Part shown: positions 48,518 to 60,094 of the stretch, piece after piece
How the letters are laid out: each line of letters opens with the position of its first letter
Numbering within the stretch: position 1 is the first letter of the stretch
The notes under the pieces: generated by a model
Database searches by the model: none
What the model saw: the letters and a program-made list of their open reading frames with translations, nothing else
Told to the model about the DNA's origin: nothing
Assembly: GCF_963921235.1 (NCBI RefSeq)
Contig: NC_086108.1
Coordinates: forward strand, 106,890,001 to 106,954,000
DNA: 64,000 nt
Reading direction: 5' to 3'
DNA from: Mobula hypostoma
Lineage: Eukaryota
Translations under genes and position numbers: made by a program

Positions 48518-49342
48518 ACAGTGGCCACTTTATGAGGTACGTCCTCCCATACCTTATAAACTGTCCACTGAGTGCGTGTCCATAGTCTTCTGCTGCTGTA
48601 GCCCATCCACTCAAGGTTCAACATGTTGTGCATTCAGAGATGCTCTTCTGCACGCCACTGTTGTAACCCATGGTTATCTGAGTTGCTGTCACCTCCCTGT
48701 CAGCTTGAACCAGTCTGGCCATTCTCCTCTGACCTCTCCCATTAGCAAGGTGCTTTCACCCACAGAACTGCCACTCACTGCATGTTTTATTTTATTTTGG
48801 TTTTTTGCACCATTCTTTGTGAACTCTAGAAACTGTTTTGTATGAAAATCCTACAAGATACTCAAACCATCCTGTTTGGCACCAACAATCAGTCACTCAG
48901 ATCACGTTTCTTCCCCATTCTGATGTCTGGTCTCAACAACTGAACCTTTTGACTATGCCTACATGTTTTTGTGTGGGCACGTGGCCAAGTGGTTAAGGCA
49001 TTGGACTAGCGATCTGAAGGTCGTGAGTTCGAGCAATAGCTGAGGCAGCGTGTTGTGTCCTTGAGCAAGGCACTTAATCACACATTGCTCTGTGACAACA
49101 CCGGTGCCAAACTGTATGGGTCCTAATGCCCTTCCCTTGGACAACATTGGTGTCGTGGAGAGGGGAGACTTGCAGCATGGGCAACTGCTGGTCTTCCATA
49201 CAACCTTGCCCAGGCCTGCGCCCTGGAGAGTGAAGACTTTCCAGGCTCAGATCCATGGTCTCATAAGGCATGTGTTTATGCATTGAGTTGCTGCCACATG
49301 ATTGGCTGATCAGATATTTACATTAATGTACAGGTGTACTTA
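48518..49342 (-). mobile_element. Tc1-derived non-autonomous transposon, split by a SINE
   Basis: TIRs 'cagtggccactttatgaggtac' / 'gtacttaataaagcaggcactgag'; body colinear with 15530-16076. Confidence 0.75.
48975..49268 (+). mobile_element. Young tRNA-derived SINE
   Basis: A box 48982-48992, B box GTTCGAGC 49027-49034, CORE-like 'gtgtccttgagcaaggcacttaa'. Confidence 0.85.
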
Positions 49343-50321
49343 ATAAAGCAGGCACTGAGTCTAAATATCCATTGTAGTTCAGGCACCTTTAAGATCTTTT
49401 CCTTACCATCGTTGTTGAGATTTCTAATAATTTTGCCTGATGCCGGCCCACTAGGCCTGAGTCGAAGTAGTAGTAGTAGTAGTAGTTCCTAATAAACTAG
49501 GCATTAGTTTGGAGAAAACAACATTCACTATAATTGAAAGGAGAACCACAGAAAATAACAGGCTTGTACGCAGTTTCCTGCAAACAACCTCACTACAGGC
49601 TCTTTCACCTATCCCCTAATGATAACCATGATCCAGCGCTTAAATCCTGGCTGCAATGCCACTTGTCGCGTTGCTGCTTGTGGTCTTGGTAATTGTAAGC
49701 ACATTGTGTTGAAGTCGTCTTTGTATTCAAAAATATTTCTGTCCACTGACATCAGAAATGGAACAGTTGCCTTGGAAAGATTTACTGCAGTGTTAAAACT
49801 TTCTCATTTTGCAGGAGATGGTTGATTTGGGTGTTCTGGAGGTGGGACGGAGGCCATTGGTGAGTAAGGGTGAGGGATGTATTAGGCAGAATGTGGCTGG
49901 AGAGGGGGAATGTCTGAAGAAGGCTTCCTAAATGTATGATCAAACATATAACCACTTTTTTTGATTTTTTTCCCTCCCTGTGTTGTGAGCAATGAGAGTT
50001 CAAGGGGTCATTTCTATATCAGAATATCAGTGCCAAGGGTGGAGAGAGAGCGAGAGGTTTGAAAAGGGACAATTGGTAGTTCATGTTTCTCGCCGAGCCT
50101 GGAGATTAGGCCACAAGCGTTTCGTCACCAGCCAAGGTGACAACTGAGTTTTATTTCTGCCGTGTGCTCATCTTCACGTTGCTCTGATTTGTTAGTTGTT
50201 CCGCTGGCCTCTAGTCTCTACTGGGTCCCAGCCAAACAGATAGCTGAGTGATCTCCGCTGGCCTGTATCCCTGGTTATCGGTCGCCGTGTGCTGGTTCCC
50301 CGGGTGTCCACGGCTCATCGC

Positions 50322-50450
50322 TCAGCCCTGGTCCTGAAGACGCATAGGTTCATTAAACGCATCCAGTTCACTATGCTTGTAAACAGAGATTTCTGTTGGA
50401 GACCAAGCTTCTAAGAACTCTCTTGATGAAGAAGGAAAACTACAACAATC
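50322..50450 (-). other. Candidate terminal coding exon of an unidentified gene (DCCSFPSSSREFLEAWSPTEISVYKHSELDAFNEPMRLQDQG*)
   Basis: About 55-nt polypyrimidine tract ending ctgccag on the minus strand, 42 open codons in phase 0, AATAAA about 170 nt past the stop, TE-free CpG-retaining context; peptide not recognised. Confidence 0.3.
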
Positions 50451-50763
50451 CTGGCAGAAGTACAAAAAGAGAAATCAAGAGAGAGATCGAGAGAGAGAGA
50501 GAGAAAAAAATCAGAGTACTACAGTGCTGAAACACACCCTTCAGCCATTCTGGGTCATGCCAACCAGAAATTCTGTCTCATTCTATCTATCTGCATATGG
50601 GCCATATCCATACCCCTCTCAGCCATATATCTATCCAAACTTAAATGTTACAATTGAATTCACGTCCGCTGACTGCTCATTCCACACTCGCACCACACTC
50701 TGAGTGAAGATACTGCCCTTAGATTTCGCCTTATATATTTCATCATTCAGCCTAAACATATCA

Positions 50764-51600
50764 CAATAGACAATAGCAATAGGTGCAGGAGTAGGCCATT
50801 CAGCCCTTCGAGCCAGCACCACCATTCACTGTGATCATGGCTGATCATCCACAATCAGTACCCTTTTCCTGCCTTCTCCCCGTATCCCTTCACTTCACTA
50901 TCTTTAAGAGCTCTACCTAACTCTTTCCTGAAAGAATCCAGAGAATTGGCCTCCACTGCCTTCTGAGACAGAGCATTCCACAGAACCACAACCCTCTGTG
51001 TGAAAAAGGTTTTCCTCAACTCCGTTCTAAATTGTCTACCCCTTATTCTTAAACTGTGGCCTCTTGTTCTGGACTCCCCCAACATCGGGAACATGTTTCC
51101 TGCTTCTAGCACGTCCAATCCCTTAATAATCTTATATGTTTCAATCAGATCCCCTCTCATCCTTCTAAATTCCAGTGTATACAACCCCAGTCGCTCCAAT
51201 CTTTCAACATATAACAGTCCCGCCATCCCGGGAATTAACCTCGTGAACCTACGCTGCACTCCCTCAATAGCTAGAATGTCCTTCCTCAAATTTGGAGACC
51301 AAAACAATATTCCAGCTGTGGTCTCTCCAGGGCACTGTACAACTGCAGAAGGACCTCTTTGCTCCTATACTCAATTCCCCTTGTTATGAAGGCCTGCATG
51401 CCATTAGCTTTTTTCACTGCCTGCTGTACCTGCATGCTTACTTTCAGTGACTGATGAACAAGGACACCTAGGTCTCATTGTACTTCCCCTTTTCCTAACT
51501 TGACACCATTCAGATAGTAATCTGCCTTCCTGTTCTTGCCACCAAAGTAGATAACCTCATATTTATCCACATTAAACTGCATCTGCCCACTCACCCAACC
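50764..51600 (-). mobile_element. Young CR1 3' end
   Basis: ORF 50855-51307 FWSPNLRKDILAIEGVQRRFTRLIPGM...; (ctattgt)-type tail. Confidence 0.88.
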
Positions 51601-51823
51601 TGTCACTTCCAGTCATTGTCTCACTGAACATGAGGGGAAAAAGCTTTTTATGTTTTCACAATATCTACATCCTTTATATTGTAAGATCTCCCTCATTCTC
51701 CTGCACTCCAGGGAATAAACTTCTAACTTTATTTCTATTCAAACATGGATCCTCAAGTCCAGCGACATCCTTGTAAATTTTCTCTGTACATTTCCTTAGG
51801 TTCAGTACTGTGCAAAGGTCTTC

Positions 51824-54148
51824 AGCGAGGACAAGTGACAGAGGGCAAGTGACGGAAGTCTGTGTAGGGGAGCACTTTGGTTCCAGTGATCATAACACCA
51901 TTAGTTTCAATTTGATCATGGACAAGGATAGATCTTGTCCTAGGGTTGAGGTTCTGAACTGGAAGAAGGCCAAATTTGAAGAAATGAGAAAGGATCTAAA
52001 AAGCGTGGATTGGGACAGGTTGTTCTCTGGCAAAGATGTGATTGGTAGGTGGGAAGCCTTCAAAGGGGAAATTTTGAGAGTGCAGAGTTTGTATGTTCCT
52101 GTCAGGATTAAAGGCAAATTGAATAGGAATAAGGAACCTTGGTTCTCAAGGGATATTGCAACTCTGATAAAGAAGAAGAGGGAGTTGTATGAAATGTATA
52201 GGAAACAGGGTGTAAATCAGGCGCTTGAGGAGTATAAGAAGTGCAAGAAAATACTTAAGAAAGAAATCAGGAGGGCTAAAAGAAGACATGAGGTTGTCTT
52301 GGCAGTCAAAGTGAAGGATAATCCAAACAGCTTTTACAAGTATATTAAGAGCAAAAGGATTGTAAGGGATAAAATTGGTCCTCTTGAAGGTCAGAGTGGT
52401 CGGCTTTGTGCGGAACCAAAGGAAATGGGGGAGATCTTAAATAGGTTTTTTGCATCTGTATTTACTAAGGAAGCTGGCATGAAATCTATGGAATTGGGGG
52501 AATCAAGTAGTGAGACCATGGAATCTGTACAGATTGAAAAGGAGGAGGTGCTTGCTGTCTTGAGGAAAATTAAAGTGGATAAATCCCCAGGACCTGACAG
52601 AGTGTTCCCTCGGACCTTGAAGGAGACTAGTGTTGAAATTGCAGGGGCCCTGGCAGAAATAATTAAAATGTCGCTGTCTAAGGGTGAAGTGCCGGAGGAT
52701 TGGAGAGTGGCTCATGTTGTTCCGTTGTTTAAAAAAGGATCGAAAAGTAATCCGGGAAATTATAGGCCGGTGAGTTTAATGTCAGTAGTAGGTAAGTTAT
52801 TGGAGGGAGTACTAAGAGACAGAATCTACAAACATTTGGATAACAGGGGCTTATTAGGGAGAGTCAACATGGCTTTGTGCGTGGTAGGTCATGTTTGACC
52901 AATCTGTTGGAGTTCTTCGAGGGGGTTACCAGGAAAGTGGATGAAGGGAAGGCAGTGGATATTGTCTACATGGACTTCAGTAAGGCCTTTGACAAGGTCC
53001 CGCATGGGAGGTTAGTTAGGAAAATTCAGTCGCTAGGTATTACATGGAGAGGTGGTAAATTGGATTAGACATTGGCTCGATGGAAGAAGCCAGAGAGTGG
53101 TGGTAGAGAATTGCTTCTCTGAGTGGAGGCCTGTGACTAGTGGTGTGCCACAGGGATCAGTGCTGGGTCCATTGTTATTTGTCATCTATATCAATGAACT
53201 GGATGATAATGTGGTAAATTGGATCAGCAAGTTTGCTGATGATACAAAGATTGGAGGTGTAGTAGACAGTGAGGAAGGTTTTCAGAGCCTGCAGAGGGAC
53301 TTGGACCAGCTGGAAAAATGGGCTGAAAAATGGCAGATGGAGTTTAATACTGACAAGTGTGAGGTATTGCACGTTGGAAGGACAAACCAGCGTAGAACAT
53401 ACAGGGTTAATGGTAAGGCACTGAGGAGTGCAGTGGAACAGAGGGATCTGGGAATACAGATACAAAATTCCCTAAAAGTGTCGTCACAGGTAGATAGGGT
53501 CGTAAAGAGAGCTTTTGGTACATTGGCCTTTATTAATCGAAGTATTGAGTATAAGAGCTGGAATGTTATAATGAGGTTGTATAAGGCATTGGTGAGGCCG
53601 AATCTGGAGTATTGTGTTCAGTTTTGGTCACCAAATTACAGGAAGGATATAAATAAGGTTGAAAGAGTGCAGAGAAGGTTTACAAGGATGTTGCCGGGAC
53701 TTGAGAAACTCAGTTACAGAGCAAGGTTGAATAGGTTAGGACTTTATTCCCTGGAGTGTAGAAGAATGAGGGGAGATTTGATAGAGGTATATAAAATTAT
53801 GATGGGTATAGATAGAGTGAATGCAAGCAGACTTTTTCCACTGAGGCAAGGGGAGAAAAAAACCAGAGGACATGGGTTAAGGGTGAGGGGGGAAAAGTTT
53901 AAAGGGAACATTAGGGGGTGCTTCTTCACACAGAGAGTGGTGGGAGTATGGAATGAGCTGCCAGACAAGGTGGTAAATGCGGGTTCTTTTTTAACATTTA
54001 AGAATAAATGGGACAGATACATGGATGGGAGGTGTATGGAGGGATATGGTCCGTGTGCAGGTCAGTGGGACTAGGCAGAAAATGGTTTGGCACAGCCAAG
54101 AAGGGCCAAAGGGCCTGTTTCTGTGCTGTAGTTTCTATGGTTCTATGG
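51824..54148 (+). mobile_element. Young 5'-truncated CR1 with near-complete RT (two frameshifts, about 52860 and 53040)
   Basis: SDHN, KSPGPD, PLFKKG..PGNYRPVSL, YMDFSKAFDKVPH, GVPQGSVLGP, KFADDTK; tail ttctatggttctatgg. Confidence 0.93.
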
Positions 54149-54149
54149 A

Positions 54150-54562
54150 GGTGCCTCAGTCTTTTGTCTTACTGGAGTAATTTTATGTGTTGTACTGTAC
54201 TACTGCCGCAAAAATAAACAAATTTCTTGACATATGTGAGTGATGATAAACCTGATTCTGATATGGGTCTCTATTGTGGACTGAGAGTGGGAAGGGGTTA
54301 GCGAGAGGGGAGGGAGTGGGGAGCACCACAGAGACATTCTGTCAGGATCAATAAACCAATTGTTCGCAATCAAGTGAGCTTGCCTGGTGTCTTGGGGCTG
54401 GGTCAGGCTTAGGTGGCACTCCTTCACTGTAACCTCTCCCGTGGTGCTCCACCTTCGCCATTCCCAACATCCTTTCCTCCTGCCAGATTTACACACTCGC
54501 TCTCAGCTCCATCTTGACAAATACAGAGCTGTGCAAAAGTCTTAGGCACCTTAGCTATATAT
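54150..54562 (+). mobile_element. Composite non-autonomous repeat: LINE 3' tail plus core, bounded by short 'tactgtgcaaaagtcttaggca' palindromic units
   Basis: Colinear with the reverse complement of 60095-60587. Confidence 0.6.
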
Positions 54563-55189
54563 AGACATGCCCTTTTCTCACTGTTACCATCAGGGAGGAG
54601 GTACAGAAGCCTGATGACACACACTCAATGACTCAGGAACAGCTTCTTCACCCCTGCCATCTGATTTTTTGCATGATTTTTTAGTATAACTATTTAATAT
54701 TTATTAATCTTTCTATATTATCATTGTACTGCTGCCACTAATTTAGCAAATTCCATTACATATGCTGGTGACAGTAAACCTGATTCTGATAAATTCAATC
54801 TCACAAATATATTATGCGACTTCAACATAACATTGCAGCTCCTGCACTCAAGGCCCTGATTTATGAAGGCTACTGGGCCAAAATCTCTCTTTACAACCCT
54901 ATCTGCTTGAGATGCCACCTTCAAGGAACTATAGATAGGTGTTCCCGTGTTTTTTTTGTGCTCTGGCACACCTCAGTGTCCTATTTCTCTGTGTAAATCC
55001 AACCCTGGTTGGTCCTCCCAAAGTGCAACATCTCACACTTGTCTATATTAAATTCCATCTGCCATTTGCTCAACTAGTCAAGAACACACTGCACCTCCAC
55101 GATGCCCTCCAGTCTTGTCTCATCCACAAATTTGCTGATGATCTTACCACATTATCACTCTAAATTATTAATCTAATTGCATTGAAACC

Positions 55190-55555
55190 TATGGAATACT
55201 GGAAGGCCTGGAGAGAGTGGATGGAGGGAGGTTATTCCCTGCAGAGGGGAGCCAAGGAACATAGGGCATAGCCTCAGCATAGAAGGAGGTCCATTTAGAA
55301 CAGAGATGAGGAGGAATTTCTTTAGCCAGAGGATGGTGAACCTGTGGAGTTCATTGCCACAGATAGCTGTGAAATCCTAGGAATTGGGTATACTTAATTT
55401 GGAGGTTGATCGATTCTTGATTAGACAGGGTGTCAAAGGTTATGGGGAGAAGGGAGGAGAATGGCATTGAGAGGGGTAAGAACTCAGCCATGATGAAATG
55501 GCAGAGCAAACTCAAAGAGCCAGATGGTATAGTTCTGCTTCTATGTCTTATGGTT
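55190..55555 (+). mobile_element. CR1 3' end
   Basis: 'tttagaacagagatgaggaggaatttctttagccagagg'...'ctatgtcttatgg'. Confidence 0.7.
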
Positions 55556-56089
55556 GAAACAACAATACGCCCAGCACCAGTCCCCACAGCACACTACTAG
55601 ACATAGGCCTGAAGAAAAACAGACAAGAATCTAGTCTTTCCCTCGAAGCCAATACTGAATCCAATTGTTTAGTTGACTCTGTTGGAGGTTTCCAGCCTTT
55701 TTTATGCCATGGATCCCTACCATTAACCAAGGGGTCTGTGGACCCCAGTTTGGGAAACTCTGCTGTGTCAAAATTATGGGAGCTGAGGTGTGTCAAACCT
55801 TAGTGGCCACTTTAACTCAATGGAAATGGGACACTTGTATATCAATGTCAACTCCATTTATACAGCACCTAGTAATAGAATCATAGAACACTACAGCACA
55901 GAAACAGGCCCTTTGGCCCATCTAGTCCATGCCAACCTACTATTCCGCCTATTCACATCGAGCTGCACCTGACTGTAGCCCTCCATACCCCTGCCTTCCA
56001 TGTCCAATCCAAACTTCTTTTAAACATTGAAACGATTTCTGCCATTTGCAAAACTATTTCTTTTTTCGTGCATTGGGTGTTTGATTGGC

Positions 56090-56870
56090 CTAATTTCAAA
56101 TAATAATGAGGCAGCCTGCAGAGAGGAGGTCATCACCCTGACACAGTGCTGTCAAGAGAACAGCCTCTGTCTCAATGTCGTAAAAACAAAGGAGCTGGTT
56201 GTGGGCTACAGGAGGAATGGAGACAGGCTAGTTCCTATTGACATCAATGGATCTGTGGTTGAGAGGGTGAACAGCTTTAAGTTTCTCGACATAAACATCA
56301 CCAAGGATCTCACATGGTCAGTACATACCGGCTGTGTGGTGAAAAAGGCACAACATCGCCTCTTTCATCTGAGGTGGTCAAGGAAGTTTGGTGTGGGCCC
56401 CCAAATCCTAAGAACTTTCTACAGGGAAACAACTGAGAGCATCCTGGCTGGCTGCATCACTGCCTGGTATGGGAACTGTACCTCCCTCAATCGCAGGTTT
56501 CTGCAGGGTCCTGTGCACCTGTAGATGTGAACTTCCCACTATTCGGGACATTTACAGAGCCAAGTGTGTAAAAAGGGCCTGAAGCATCACTGGGGTCCCG
56601 AGCCACCCGCACCACAAACTGTTCCAGCTGCTACCATCTCAGAAACAGTACCGCAGCATAAAAGCCAGGACCAACAGGCTCCAGGACAGCTTCCTCCACC
56701 AGGACATCAGACTGATTAATTCATGCTGACACAACTGTATTCCTGTTATGTTGTTGTACATACTATTTATTATAAATTACTATGAATTGCCCATTGAACA
56801 TTTAGACGGGGATGTAACATAAAGATTTTTATGTATATGAAGGATGTAAGTAGTAAAGGCAATACAATTC
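56090..56870 (+). mobile_element. Rex1/Babar 3' portion
   Basis: ORF 56027-56524 LNVVKTKELVV...VERVNSFKFL...KKAQHRLFHLR...ESILAGCITAWYGNC. Confidence 0.8.
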
Positions 56871-57609
56871 AATGTTTTCTTGAACAGGTTCCACGGTGTT
56901 TCTTTGCTTTGTGGGTGCCTGCAGGAGAACGAATCTCAGAGCTGTATTCTGTATTCATACTTTGATAAAAATAATGCACTTTGAATCTTTGGTACTTGTA
57001 TCCACCACTTCTGCTGGCAAATTGTTCCAGCACCTCTGAGTGAAGCTTCTTCCACACTCTCACCACCCTCCGGTTCCTAAACTTCCCCTTCCTCCCCATC
57101 ATGTTCCCTCTTAAACATCTCACCTATCTCCTTTAACCCATGGCCTCTATTTCTAGTCTCTGCTTTTATATAAAGAATAGATTTACAATGTGTGCTGGAG
57201 TGGTGCAACTTTTGTCATTAAATTCAGAGCATGCCATAACATTTGTTTTAAAAAAACATTATCTAAATCAATAAATATTGCAAAGATAGCCCGAATATCT
57301 GTGTAATTTTTAAATGGAGACCCTGCAAAATGAATAAAGATTTGGATTCAAATATCATTTAAATCCCTTTTGGGATCTGTCTCTCTTTCCAGCCAATTAA
57401 AAAAATAGTTTTGACTGGCAGCCAAGTTCTGCACAGAAAGCTCCCAAAACCATGTGATAATGACCAGATCATCTCTCTTAGTGATATTGAGCCAGCAAAA
57501 AATGTTTAACAAGTCACCAAGGTAAACTTCCCCAGTCATCTTCTCAGAATCTTCAATGTCCCTGCCTCAGCGATCAAAGGAACAGATAAGAAACAGAAAA
57601 CTGGCATTG

Positions 57610-58066
57610 ATGTTAGTGGTACTAGAGGACCTGAGTTACAAGGAAAGGTTGAATAGGTCTGGAATTCATTCACTGGGGCATCGGAGAATAAGAGGAGATT
57701 TGACAGAGGTATAAAATAATTAAGAGTGGTATAGATAGGGTAAATGCAAGCAGGATTTTTCCACTGAGTTGGGTGAGACTAGAACTAGATGTCAGGGGTT
57801 AAGGGTGAAAGGTGAAATGTTTAAGGGGAACATGGGGGGGGAAGGGAAGGGGAAGTTCACCAAGTGGAGGGTGTGGAACAAGCTGTGAGTGGATATGGGT
57901 TTGATTCCAACGTTTAAGAGCAGTTTGGAAAGGTACATGGATGGGGAGGGTTTAGAGAGATATGGTGCAGGTGCAGGTGAATGGGACAGGGCTGAGTGAC
58001 GGTTCAGCACAGACTAGTTGGGTCAAGGGGCCTGCTTCTGTGCTGTAACACTCTGTGACTCTATGA
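57610..58066 (+). mobile_element. CR1 3' end
   Basis: Colinear with 53695-54140. Confidence 0.75.
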
Positions 58067-58782
58067 GCCATGGCTTAACATCTCCTCTGTAGAAAATGGT
58101 ATCACCAAAATGGAGCGAACCCCGACTGTTTATTTATTTATATTATTTAGAGATACAGCGTGGAACAGGCTCTGCCCGCCCAATGACCTGCACTGCCAAG
58201 CAACCCACCTATTTAACACCTGCCTAATTACCAGACAATTTACAATGACCAAACTGTCCAAACTTCTCTTAAATGTCCAATTAACCTACTTGTAATGGGC
58301 TGGGTTGATCAGACCCAAAAGACCCAAAGCAATTTGAGTGTCCAGATGTGGTAATAACTGTGCAATGCAGCACAAAGTAACTTAAGCCTAATTTATTATC
58401 ATGAAACATGAAGCACAAATAAACCACACTAACTACTACGTAGTAAGTTACAAAGATTTACACAAAGATTTCAGGGCTCATGATTCTTAGTCACTACTCG
58501 ATTATTGCATCGGCAGGGGATTTGATTTCTGCTGTTGTCGGGGGAGCTCTGAATTCTGACTCATGAAATCACCCTGTCTCCAACCAGGCACCGATCAATT
58601 ATGATTCCTTGGTCTAGGTGAAGTCCCAAGAGCCAAGTCTCAATAAATAGAGGTTCAATCCACTGGTATTGTGAGACACACGGAAACAGATAAATTCTTT
58701 GGTCTTTTGTTCTCATGCCACTAGTGCCTGAGGCCAAAAAGAATCCAGCTACTATTAGCAAGCATATAACAAACCTATAGTG

Positions 58783-59330
58783 CAGACATCCCACCTCTCC
58801 CGGAAGTTCCGGGAGTCTCCCGCATATTAATAGTGGCTCCCTGATGCCCGCAAATTATATACAATATCCCGGAGATCAATTCTTTTGAGAGCGAGCGAGC
58901 GAGTGACAGAGAGAGAGAGAGCAAGCGTGCAAGAGAGAGAGCGTACGAGAGAGAGAGATAGAGAGAGAGAGCACGCCATGGCAGAGTGTTCCAAAAAAAG
59001 AAAATATAAAACGTACGTCACCCCAGACTACACTAAAGTGTACCCCTGCCTAATAGGGGTCAAAAATAATGACAGTGTTGCTCGCTGCACTGTTTGCAAC
59101 AGTGACTTTTCTATTGCCCATGGTGTGTTAAGACTGTAAAAGACGAGTTGAGGTGAGTTTAACAGGTGTCATTCGTTCAGTAGCATAGCTAACATTATTT
59201 AAACTAGCTGGCTAGCTGCTCAGGAGCTACTCTATTGCAGACATCCCACCTCTCCCGGAAGTTCCGGGAGTCTCCTGCAAATTGATGGTGCTACCTCCCT
59301 GAATTGAGTTTTTGCAGGGTGGGATATCTG
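58783..59330 (+). mobile_element. TIR DNA-transposon deletion derivative (hAT-like) retaining an N-terminal zinc-finger coding segment
   Basis: TIRs cagacatcccacc / ggtgggatatctg; flanks tatagtg / catagtg; MAECSKKRKY...ARCTVCNSDFSIAHG followed by GAG|gtgagt. Confidence 0.75.
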
Positions 59331-59814
59331 CATAGTGTAAGAATGCGGCCACTATTAACAAACATTTAACAAACCTACACTGTTTAACTTGTATAGGCAC
59401 CTAACATGCTGCAATCTCACAAAGGTACTTTAATCTAATGTTTTTACAACATTTAATACACCACAACACACGGCTAATCGGTACACCTTTGGAGGAATCC
59501 CACGCATTCCATAGGGAGGACATACAAACTCCTTTCAAAGGATGCCAGAACTGAACTCTGAACTCCAATGTACCAAGATGAAATAATGTCATGGTAACCT
59601 CGATGCTATCGTGGCTGAGATTTTCCTGGTAGCATTGGACCTGAACCCAGAACCTTCTGATCCAAAGGTGAAGGTGTTCCTACTTGTCTCAATTTGACAG
59701 ACGAACATCACTAGGTCATGTGAAAAGTGTTTTCTGAGTCTGCAGAGGCACAGCTCTAGAGCCTGTACTGAGCATGCAGTGTAACTCTTTGTCAACATTA
59801 GCCTGGGTTGCAAT

Positions 59815-60075
59815 GTCAGTCTTTGAGGAAATGGCAGGCAAGTAAGACAAAGGAGAGTCAGCAGATGTTATTTACTTGGATTTTCAGAAGGCCTTTAACA
59901 AGATGTCACACATGAAGCCGCTAAACAAGATAAGAGTCCATAGTATTATAGGGAAGACACTAGCCTGGATAGAAGATTAGCTGACTGGCAGGAAGCAAAG
60001 AGTGGGAACAAAGGGGCATTTTCTGACTGGCTGCCAGTGACTAGTGGTGTTCCACAGGAGCTGCTGTGGGGACTT
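59815..60075 (+). mobile_element. CR1 RT internal fragment
   Basis: DVIYLDFQKAFNKMSH...RKQRVG...LPVTSGVPQ. Confidence 0.75.
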
Positions 60076-60094
60076 CTTCTTTTCATGTACAACA

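Larger units (their letters stand above)
57418..59695 (-). mobile_element. Ancient Deu-domain SINE in three pieces (about 57418-57580, 58070-58110, 59620-59695) separated by nested insertions
   Basis: 'gcagccaa...gcacagaaagctccc...tgtgataatgaccagat' (reverse Deu core), 'ttaacatctc...', and reversed tRNA head 'ggacctgaacccagaaccttctga'. Confidence 0.55.

Noticed and set aside
48975..49045. tRNA genes at SINE heads (also about 34964, 27740 and 44810)
   Set aside because: A/B boxes run directly into a shared SINE body and tail with TSDs; no complete acceptor stem seen
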